Part shown: positions 53,587-61,791 of the stretch, piece after piece | Numbering within the stretch: position 1 is the stretch's first letter | Layout: each line of letters starts with the position of its first letter | Virus record (IMG/VR): IMGVR_UViG_3300045988_080466 | From: a virus | Length of the DNA: 64,000 nt | Strand: one strand, 5' to 3' | Notes under the pieces: generated by a model | Told to the model about the DNA's origin: nothing | What the model saw: only the letters and a program-made list of their open reading frames with translations | The model's database searches: none | Made by a program: the position numbers and the translations under genes

Positions 53587-54723
53587 ATGGAAAAGGGAAT
53601 TGAGGATTTAGACTTTAACGAAGAAGATTACGGTATAGCACAGGAACCGTCGAACCCTAATGGTTACGTACCAGATTATGAATCATTAGAGCCAGAGAAA
53701 CCTTGGATGGGGGATGAAAATCAACCACAGCCAGCAGATGGTACAAAACCAGAACCTGCTGCTGCACAAGAACCAGTACAAGAAGATGATATTATCATTT
53801 CTATGCTTAAACAAATAGGCATTTCAGACCCTTCAAAAATTAAATTTGAAAATGATGAGGGTGAAATTGAGGAAGTTTCTTGGGATTCATTATCCGCAGA
53901 GGAAAAAATGAATATCTTAACACCAGAATCTCCTGACCCGAACTTTGGTCTGGAAGACCCCGAAATTAACTTTATTAACTTGTTACGTGACGCGGGAATT
54001 ACTCCAGAGGAGTACATTAACTATCAGAGAGAACAGGCTATTGAAGAATACAGACAAGCATTAGAAGGTAATCCACAATACGAAGTTGAGAGGTTAACAG
54101 ACGAAGACTTATATGCTTTAGACTTACAATCAAGAGTTCCAGATATGACAGACGAAGAAGTTGCCATAGCTCTAGAACACGAGAAAGCTAATCCTGAACT
54201 TTTTGAAAAGAAAATGCAAGGAATTAGAGCTGAGTATAAAGCACTAGAAGACGAAAGAAGACAAAATGAGGAACTTCTCGAACAACAACAGAAGCAAGAA
54301 CAATTTGAAGCCTTCCAATCTGATGTACTTGATGCAATTGAGTCTTTAGATGAAGTTGGAGGTGTAAAATTAAATTTGGACGAAGATGACATGGAAGAAG
54401 TTGCAAACTTCATATTATCGCTAGATTCGGCAGGAGTTAGTTATTTAGGAAAAGCATTAGACGACCCACAAACTTTAGCAAGAATGGCTTGGTTTGCATT
54501 GAAGGGAGACGAAGCTTTTGCAACTATCACTGATTATTACGATAAGGAGATAGCAAAAGAAAAACGTTCAGCCTACGAAGCTGGATATGAAGATGCAAAG
54601 AAAGGAATACAACCAAAGAGTACTAGAAAACCTACTGTTGTAGTTGCTCCTAAACCTGCATCTGAACCCAAACCCGGGGGCACTAATCCCCATGAAAAAA
54701 CAATTGATGATATAGATTTTTAA
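53587..54723 (+). CDS. putative head scaffolding protein
   Basis: 378 aa, strongly acidic (E/D-rich) with helical/coiled-coil character, immediately upstream of the putative MCP. Call rests on position and composition only. Confidence 0.5.
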   Translation: MEKGIEDLDFNEEDYGIAQEPSNPNGYVPDYESLEPEKPWMGDENQPQPADGTKPEPAAAQEPVQEDDIIISMLKQIGISDPSKIKFENDEGEIEEVSWDSLSAEEKMNILTPESPDPNFGLEDPEINFINLLRDAGITPEEYINYQREQAIEEYRQALEGNPQYEVERLTDEDLYALDLQSRVPDMTDEEVAIALEHEKANPELFEKKMQGIRAEYKALEDERRQNEELLEQQQKQEQFEAFQSDVLDAIESLDEVGGVKLNLDEDDMEEVANFILSLDSAGVSYLGKALDDPQTLARMAWFALKGDEAFATITDYYDKEIAKEKRSAYEAGYEDAKKGIQPKSTRKPTVVVAPKPASEPKPGGTNPHEKTIDDIDF

Positions 54724-54733
54724 TTAAAAAAGT

Positions 54734-56155
54734 ATGATAGTAGCGAATTTTGTATCAAACAGACCGACAATGTCGGAAACTAGAACTTATGAGGATTTCT
54801 ATAAGTTCTTAGGAACTAGACCAACTAAATTAGGTGTTGTTTCAAGACTTTACCCAGAACTTACAGCTTCTTACCTAACAGAATCTCTAAGAAACATTTT
54901 CTACCAAGATGTAAAATCTGGTAATAAATATCAAAGCATTGACTCAATGTACTTTGAATGGGAAGTTGAAACCAACTACATTAAGAGAGTTGAGTTTGCA
55001 GATGTACCAACAGAAGATGGTTCAAACGGTTCAGAAATTGTAATGGCTTTCAAAGAAAGATATTACGAAAAGTATGACATCTTCAAGATTGATAAAACAA
55101 TGCAGCAATGTATTGTAGTGAGCAGACCAGTTAGAAAAGCTGATAACTATTGGGAAGTAGTTGTTAGACTTATTGATAGTGACTATTCTAGCGTTCTTGA
55201 CTTTAGTGGTTGCCAAGTAGGTGATACTACTAGATTCCAATCTAACGCAATGCCTGAAATGCACGAAGAAGGATATGTTAAATATCAATCTAACATTGAA
55301 AAACACAGAAACTTCATCACAACTCACAGATGTGACGACAGTTATTCTGCACTTTATGCAGCTCATGAAAACGTATTCATCAGTATTGCAGAAGGAAAAG
55401 ATACTGGTAGCTTGAAAGAAACATTATATAAGATGGACAAGAAAGAAAAAGTTCTTCTTGATAACTTCTTATATGTAAGAAACAACGGTCTATTATTCAA
55501 CAAATGTAATGTTGACGTAAATGGTAAACCGACTATTGTTGACCCAGATACTCAAAGACCAATCTACATTGGTGACGGTATCATCCCACAAGTAGAAAGA
55601 TTCGCATCTAAATATGCGTTCGCAAAACTTTCTATCGACGTATTCCAAACTGTAATTGCTACAATGAATGAAAAAGCAACTCAGCCAACTGGAAACAAAT
55701 ACGTATTTATTTGCAATGAAAGAATGTGGTTCTTAATCCAGAACGTTCTCGGAGATTTCTTAGCTAAATACAAAACTATTGGTACTTACCTATGGTCTAA
55801 AGCAGCTAACGATTACATCAAAGTTGGTGCTGCATTTGATAGCTATACATTCGGTGGAAACACTATCTCCTTCAAAGTTGATAGAACATTCTCTAGAGAA
55901 TATGGTATGGAAAAAGCATATTGTCTATGCTTAGACCTAACTGCTGATTCTACTGGAAATGAACCTCCAATCCAAATGTTCACACTAAAAGGTGGAGACT
56001 TCATCACTAATAAATATCCAGGTGTAGGTGGATTAGACGGATTAAGTTCAGGAATTGTATCAAGTCCTGTTGCTGCTTCTAAGCTAATTAACTGGGGATA
56101 TTCTGGTGTTGGCGTATTCAACCCATATAGAAGCTTCATTTTAAGAGAACTTTAA
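54734..56155 (+). CDS. putative major capsid protein
   Basis: 473 aa after the scaffold-like gene, followed by a strong terminator (typical of a highly expressed late gene). Size fits the HK97-fold MCPs of crAss-like phages. No motif-level proof. Confidence 0.6.
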   Translation: MIVANFVSNRPTMSETRTYEDFYKFLGTRPTKLGVVSRLYPELTASYLTESLRNIFYQDVKSGNKYQSIDSMYFEWEVETNYIKRVEFADVPTEDGSNGSEIVMAFKERYYEKYDIFKIDKTMQQCIVVSRPVRKADNYWEVVVRLIDSDYSSVLDFSGCQVGDTTRFQSNAMPEMHEEGYVKYQSNIEKHRNFITTHRCDDSYSALYAAHENVFISIAEGKDTGSLKETLYKMDKKEKVLLDNFLYVRNNGLLFNKCNVDVNGKPTIVDPDTQRPIYIGDGIIPQVERFASKYAFAKLSIDVFQTVIATMNEKATQPTGNKYVFICNERMWFLIQNVLGDFLAKYKTIGTYLWSKAANDYIKVGAAFDSYTFGGNTISFKVDRTFSREYGMEKAYCLCLDLTADSTGNEPPIQMFTLKGGDFITNKYPGVGGLDGLSSGIVSSPVAASKLINWGYSGVGVFNPYRSFILREL

Positions 56156-56172
56156 TAAATAGTCAAGATATA

Positions 56173-56209
56173 GTAAGGGAGTTGAAATAGCACTCCCTTA
56201 CATTTTTTA
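56173..56209 (+). terminator. rho-independent terminator after the capsid gene
   Basis: gtaagggagt (56173-56182) / actcccttac (56192-56201), a perfect 10-bp stem, followed by attttttat. Confidence 0.75.
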
Positions 56210-56234
56210 TATATTATAAACCTTATGAATTAAT

Positions 56235-57167
56235 ATGAGTACTGATAATGCAAACAAACTAATGCAAAGTCCTGCTGAAAATTTTATCATTCTTAGAAGT
56301 GTATATGGTAAAGTAGGCATGAAATATTACATCCAACCTAGTAAAGACCCAAGAACTGGACAGTATCCACCTTGTGTAAAACCTGTAAATAGTGTTGGAG
56401 ACATGATTCTTTCAGACCCAGAAAGAAATAGCGGTAAAGTCTTTATTAAAGAAACTGAAACGTTCGTTATTGAAGATGGGACTACATTTGATTTAAATAA
56501 CCCTTATGACGCTGCTAAATGGGAAGCAATTAAAAATTGCATCTTTATTGCTCAATCAAGAGATAGCACTGACTCAAAAGGTGTAAACGTATTTGATGGT
56601 CCGGGTGTAAAGGGAACTCTACGTCCAAGACAAGGTATTGCTGAAATCTATATCGAAAGACCTGGATATGAAGCTGCTAAAAGAGTTTCTAAGAAAAAGA
56701 AAATTCACGATGCTGGAACTTATATTCTTGATGACCCAAGAGGTGATGAAGGAAGAGTTCAAATGGCTAGACTACTTGGAAAACACATGCGTAATGTATC
56801 AAGCGCTGATGTTACTGACTTCTTACTAAGCATTGCTGAAAAAGACCCTGACAGAATTATTAACCTATATACAGGAGATGATATTCATGTTAGACTTCTA
56901 TTTATGGACGCAAAAGACAAACACGTCATTATAGTTAAACAAAAACTATATATGTACGGAGATAGCGTTTGTTTGGGGGCAACTGATGATGCAGCTATTA
57001 CTTGGATGAAAGACCCACGTAATAGAAGAGTGCTCGAGTTAATTAAGAAGGACACATATCCTGACTTATACGAAGACTATAAAGGATACGAGGAAGAACC
57101 AGAAGGCAATCCAGCCGAAGAGTTCGCAGCTTTAGACGCTCCGAAGGCTCCTAGGTCTAAAAAATAA
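56235..57167 (+). CDS. hypothetical virion protein
   Basis: ORF track, 310 aa. Confidence 0.65.
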   Translation: MSTDNANKLMQSPAENFIILRSVYGKVGMKYYIQPSKDPRTGQYPPCVKPVNSVGDMILSDPERNSGKVFIKETETFVIEDGTTFDLNNPYDAAKWEAIKNCIFIAQSRDSTDSKGVNVFDGPGVKGTLRPRQGIAEIYIERPGYEAAKRVSKKKKIHDAGTYILDDPRGDEGRVQMARLLGKHMRNVSSADVTDFLLSIAEKDPDRIINLYTGDDIHVRLLFMDAKDKHVIIVKQKLYMYGDSVCLGATDDAAITWMKDPRNRRVLELIKKDTYPDLYEDYKGYEEEPEGNPAEEFAALDAPKAPRSKK

Positions 57168-57188
57168 AACTATAAAAATAATTCTACT

Positions 57189-58157
57189 ATGACAGCAAAA
57201 CAGGCATGGGAATACATGTTAATTGAAATTAATAAAGTTACTTCCCCTACTATGCTGATAGAGGATTTCAATCATCTGATTAATAGAGGCATATATCAAT
57301 TCCTCAATAAGAGGTACATTATGTACGATATGAATCAGCAAACTTCTGATGATTTAAGGGTATTGAAGGCTTCGGCAACATTGTCGCCGGAGCTCCCATA
57401 TTCTGATTTAGCTTTAAAGGGAGAGGACTTGGAAATGATTTCACAATTATGTGGAGCTTCTTATGAAGTAACACTTCCAAGTGACTATTTTCATATGCTA
57501 GGTTGTATTTGCCTTTATGAAATAGTTAATCCAAAGAAAGGCTGTGAAGGAAAATCCAAATATGTTAAATTTCCTGCAAGGAGATTGACCGCTGATATGG
57601 AACCCCAAATCATTAATAACTCTTACTTTAAGCCCTCTTATAAGACTCCATATTACTATATAAACAACATTAATACTTCAACAGAAGTTCCAACCTATCC
57701 TTATAAAGATAATCGTGGAACTGATATGAATGGAACTTATAAAGTAACCTCGCTCTTAGGAGATGCAGAAGGCGACAATAGCAATCTTCCAAGAACTATA
57801 ATAATAGGAGGTGAGTCTGTAAGTACAGTTGATAGAGAAATTGCTGTTAGATATGGAAATGCTTCTACAGTAAGAATGGAAATAAAATGCGGAGAGTCTA
57901 CCGCTTATAAACTTGTGAAAGTTAGAATAGACTACATTAAAGTTCCTCAAACGGTTATACTTACTAAAGAACAGCTAGACTTTACAGAGGACACATCTCA
58001 AATATTAGAATTTCCAGATTACATATGCTTAGAGATTCTCAAAGAGTTGGTATCTATTGTATTGGAGAACTCCGGTGACCCTAGAATACAAACATATAGT
58101 CCAGTTAATCCGCCACTAGCACCTCCAACTCAGCTGCTGGCACAAACTAAAAAATAA
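57189..58157 (+). CDS. hypothetical virion protein
   Basis: ORF track, 322 aa. Confidence 0.65.
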   Translation: MTAKQAWEYMLIEINKVTSPTMLIEDFNHLINRGIYQFLNKRYIMYDMNQQTSDDLRVLKASATLSPELPYSDLALKGEDLEMISQLCGASYEVTLPSDYFHMLGCICLYEIVNPKKGCEGKSKYVKFPARRLTADMEPQIINNSYFKPSYKTPYYYINNINTSTEVPTYPYKDNRGTDMNGTYKVTSLLGDAEGDNSNLPRTIIIGGESVSTVDREIAVRYGNASTVRMEIKCGESTAYKLVKVRIDYIKVPQTVILTKEQLDFTEDTSQILEFPDYICLEILKELVSIVLENSGDPRIQTYSPVNPPLAPPTQLLAQTKK

Positions 58158-58165
58158 ATTAAAGT

Positions 58166-59341
58166 ATGTTTCAATTTACGACAACAACCTTAATCAACGA
58201 CGCTCTAGATTATACAACAAAGTTACCAAGATGGGAAGTAAAAGGTGAAACTCTCCAAATTAAGAGAGTTGGAAGTTTCAAGAAGGCTAACGTTGTTGCA
58301 ATGTATAAGAGAGCGTATTCTGCTCCTGTTTTAGCAAAGGCTGTTTTAGATATGACTACTATTACTCAAGCATCTGGAGTATTCAGAATCGCTATGTATA
58401 TTAGACTATCTGGAAATCAGAACTCTTACTATTCAAATGACTTTGTATTCAAAGGTAAACCTCTATACATTGAGTTTGAAAAGAAAACTGGAGATTCAGC
58501 AGCTCAATTAGCAACTAAAGTTGCAAATCAAATTAAGAAATATCAACGTGCTTACGACTTCAAACATTTTAATGTTTCAGTAAGCGGTAATAACCTGATT
58601 ATCGAAGCTGTTGACGAGTATCAAAGATTCACTAAAATGGATATTGAATACTTCGACCCAGATTTAAGAGAAATTGCATGTACTTGTGCAGAAGGTGCAT
58701 TTGCTGTAATTGCATCTGCAAAAGAAGCTGGTGCAGAAGGATTTGATAGCAAAAACATCCTAACTCAGGGAAGAGAAGGATTTGGAACTTATCAAAACAT
58801 CATTAAAGACCTTAGAATCCCTACTCTAGATGTAAGAAGATATGAAGCTCCGTTACAAGACGAAGTTCCTATCATCAATGGTAAGTATAGTCAATATACT
58901 ATCTATTACAAAGTAGATAGAGGACTCATGGGTGGAGCTGCTGTTGGACAGCAAGTAACATCTCAAACTACTCACGTATTCTACGTACATGATTCTGTAG
59001 CTGCTGAATTTGAAGCTGCATTAGCAACTTTAGGAACAGTAACAGAAGAAAAGAAACGTATCGTAATTACAGGTGGGATTATAGATATTACTGATATGGT
59101 AAAAGCAGGAACTAAGAAAGAACTTACTCCAACTATTGATGGTGGAAGTACAGTAGCTTACGTTTCAGCTACAACAACAGCAGATTGGCTAACAGTTACT
59201 CCTGGAACTACTAAAGTAGGTTTCACAGGAACAACTAATGATTCTGATGCTGCAAGAAGTGCAAAAGCAACTGTAACAGTATCAGCTAAAAACGGAGTTA
59301 GTGCTTCTAAAGAAATCACTATCACTCAGTTAAATGCCTAA
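58166..59341 (+). CDS. head-associated protein with C-terminal BACON/Ig-like domain
   Basis: C-terminal ~75 aa GSTVAYVSATTTADWLTVTPGTTKVGFTGTTNDSDAARSAKATVTVSAKNGVSASKEITITQ fits the BACON pattern (W-L-T-V, N..ARSA.VTV, I.V.Q). Confidence 0.55.
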   Translation: MFQFTTTTLINDALDYTTKLPRWEVKGETLQIKRVGSFKKANVVAMYKRAYSAPVLAKAVLDMTTITQASGVFRIAMYIRLSGNQNSYYSNDFVFKGKPLYIEFEKKTGDSAAQLATKVANQIKKYQRAYDFKHFNVSVSGNNLIIEAVDEYQRFTKMDIEYFDPDLREIACTCAEGAFAVIASAKEAGAEGFDSKNILTQGREGFGTYQNIIKDLRIPTLDVRRYEAPLQDEVPIINGKYSQYTIYYKVDRGLMGGAAVGQQVTSQTTHVFYVHDSVAAEFEAALATLGTVTEEKKRIVITGGIIDITDMVKAGTKKELTPTIDGGSTVAYVSATTTADWLTVTPGTTKVGFTGTTNDSDAARSAKATVTVSAKNGVSASKEITITQLNA

Positions 59342-59359
59342 TAACTAATCTTTATATTT

Positions 59360-59400
59360 AAAGGCGGCGTCCGTTAGAGGTCGTCGCCTTTATTTGTTTT
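59360..59400 (+). terminator. rho-independent terminator
   Basis: aaaggcggcg (59360-59369) / cgtcgccttt (59382-59391), one G-U pair, followed by atttgtttt. Confidence 0.6.
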
Positions 59401-59406
59401 AGCCCT

Positions 59407-60078
59407 ATGATATACAACAAATTAGCATCAGCAATATATAATGATATAGTATCAGGCTTACGCGGAATGCATGGGACAGCTACTATGTCAATCGAACAAT
59501 TAGAAGATGACATAATAGATGAAAGATTGCAGATAATTAAAGAATATTCACTAAAAGGAATTCTTCCAAAGAACGATTTACTTTTATCATTAAATTGTAT
59601 AGATGTAGATTGTAAATCATTAGAAAGATGTAATTGTGGAACAACTGGAGAAACACCAGTGGCTCACTTTGAAATTCCACAGCTTCTTAATGACTATGGA
59701 GAATTAGCTATTGATTATATAGGTAGCACAGACAGACTACTTCCCTTTATATATTACACTTCTTCATCTGCATGGATGTATCATCAATACAGAAAAAGAG
59801 GAAGAAATAAACCTTATGTTTATATAGATGTTACTCCAAACGAAAATAATATGTATGATTGCTTTATCTTTAATGCTCCACTTATTAAGCAAGTAAGTGT
59901 TGTGGCAATCTTTAAAGACCCAAGACAGTTAGAGAACTTCGGCTGCTGTGATTTAGAAGGAATTGATAACTTTACATTTATTAATACGGAGATTAAGAAA
60001 AGATTAACGGAGAAGAAGTTACGTTATTACAGACAATTGGCTTCTCCAGTATTACCTAATGACCAAACACCTGCATAA
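59407..60078 (+). CDS. hypothetical virion/connector protein
   Basis: ORF track. Confidence 0.65.
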   Translation: MIYNKLASAIYNDIVSGLRGMHGTATMSIEQLEDDIIDERLQIIKEYSLKGILPKNDLLLSLNCIDVDCKSLERCNCGTTGETPVAHFEIPQLLNDYGELAIDYIGSTDRLLPFIYYTSSSAWMYHQYRKRGRNKPYVYIDVTPNENNMYDCFIFNAPLIKQVSVVAIFKDPRQLENFGCCDLEGIDNFTFINTEIKKRLTEKKLRYYRQLASPVLPNDQTPA

Positions 60079-60764
60079 TGGTAAATTTTCATCAAGCAAT
60101 GTTCCAAGCTAATTTATTATATGGAGTAGAAATGCTCCCTCAAGACTTTGAGGAATTTGGTTTAATAGCTTGGAACCTAATAGGAAACAAAAATGTAAGA
60201 TTATACAGATATTGTACTAAGATAGAATGTCCGGACTATACAGTGGAACTTCCCTGTAATTGTGACATTATTGAAGCAGTTACTTATGCTTCTGAAGATT
60301 GGAAGTATGTAACTAACTATTCTCCTAATGGAGATTACACTTCTCAATTTGTAGAGAATTACATAGAAGGAAGAAAAATGTATGAAGACCCTTTATATAT
60401 GAGTGGTAAATATGCAAAGTTTGAAAGAGTAGGAGATACTCTTTACTTTGATAAGAACTATGGAACTGTATACATCCTTTATAAAGGAGTTATACTAGAT
60501 GATGAAGGTCTTCCTATGTTATCTGAAAAAGAAAGTTTAGCTATTGCAACATTTGTTGCCTATAGAAAGAAATATAAAGAAGGATTAATGACTAACAATG
60601 CGAATATCCTTCAGACAGCACAATTAATGCTTCAAGATTGGCTTAAGTATTGTGATGCTGCTAGAGTTCCAGAATATCTAAATCAAAATGAGATGAATGA
60701 TATACTGGATGCCAAAACGAACTGGAATAGAAAAAGACATAATTTCTCATATAAACCTGTTTAA
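60078..60764 (+). CDS. hypothetical virion/connector protein
   Basis: ORF track. ATG overlaps the previous stop. Confidence 0.65.
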   Translation: MVNFHQAMFQANLLYGVEMLPQDFEEFGLIAWNLIGNKNVRLYRYCTKIECPDYTVELPCNCDIIEAVTYASEDWKYVTNYSPNGDYTSQFVENYIEGRKMYEDPLYMSGKYAKFERVGDTLYFDKNYGTVYILYKGVILDDEGLPMLSEKESLAIATFVAYRKKYKEGLMTNNANILQTAQLMLQDWLKYCDAARVPEYLNQNEMNDILDAKTNWNRKRHNFSYKPV

Positions 60765-60769
60765 CAATT

Positions 60770-61210
60770 ATGAAATATTCGACTGGATGTGCGTTCAATA
60801 TGGACGAAATGTTTATGAATTTTCCATATAACAAATTGGAAATGTCATGTGAAGATTGTAAGAGAATAAATAAAAACCCTCACAGGGATGTATTAGTAAA
60901 GAAAATATTTAGAGAGTGTGTAAAGGAAGTACTTAATGATATTGTGGATAACAATGTTACTTTCGTACTTCCTACACAAGGAAGATTTGCAGAAATGCAT
61001 GTCAAAAGAACATACGGAGAAGACTTTAAAAAGGCTAGGCGACATGGTAAATGGAGAGATGTAGATTTTTTAAAGTCAGGATTCTCTGGAAATGAAATAG
61101 TTCTCAACATAAAGAGTGGAAACTTAGTAAAGTCTAAAACTGTATATGTTGATAAAAATATAAAGAATAAGATTATAGAGAATACTAACGAAGGTAAACA
61201 ATACTGTTAA
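60770..61210 (+). CDS. hypothetical protein
   Basis: ORF track. Confidence 0.6.
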   Translation: MKYSTGCAFNMDEMFMNFPYNKLEMSCEDCKRINKNPHRDVLVKKIFRECVKEVLNDIVDNNVTFVLPTQGRFAEMHVKRTYGEDFKKARRHGKWRDVDFLKSGFSGNEIVLNIKSGNLVKSKTVYVDKNIKNKIIENTNEGKQYC

Positions 61211-61213
61211 ATT

Positions 61214-61789
61214 ATGCAACTTAAAGAAATTAAAGATTACTACGAGTCACTTTGTGAGAAGTTTCCAGATGTTTCTGAAAAGGACATTAAAAGAATTTTG
61301 AACTATGGTTGGAAATCACTATATTTGCATAATCTTTACGGTGGAGATACCTTAATTACTGATGATTCGTTGTGGTGCTATATAGGAACACTTAGAAGAG
61401 ATTCTATAAAACACTTTGAATACTACATCAAGAAATTAACTGTAAAATTAAGGGTTCTCTATAAACGTAAGAACATACAATGGGACGGATATTACTATTT
61501 TGCATTGACTGACTCTCAATATGAGGATTTCCTCAAACAGCACAATTCAAGAGGCAGAAAGAAGAAAATATTTAATTATGGGAATCAAGTACTATATCAA
61601 ATATTAGATGAGTGCAAGATAAGAGAGCATAATCGGAAGTATATATTCAGAGTTCCCTTTGTTACCCTTGTAGGGAATGTTACATATAGAGAAAACTTTA
61701 CATCTAAAGATGCGGAGTTAATTATAACAAGAGAACCTTTAAAATTTAAAGATATATTAGTATACAATAATAATTATGAATTTTTGTAA
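61214..61789 (+). CDS. hypothetical protein
   Basis: ORF track. Confidence 0.6.
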   Translation: MQLKEIKDYYESLCEKFPDVSEKDIKRILNYGWKSLYLHNLYGGDTLITDDSLWCYIGTLRRDSIKHFEYYIKKLTVKLRVLYKRKNIQWDGYYYFALTDSQYEDFLKQHNSRGRKKKIFNYGNQVLYQILDECKIREHNRKYIFRVPFVTLVGNVTYRENFTSKDAELIITREPLKFKDILVYNNNYEFL

Positions 61790-61791
61790 AC

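Noticed and set aside
53721-54413. Ser-rich minus-strand ORFs (98, 129 and 60 aa) opposite the scaffold-like gene
   Set aside because: They are antisense translations of a GAA/GAT-rich acidic gene (giving TTC/ATC, hence Ser/Phe/Ile-rich). They have no independent signals.
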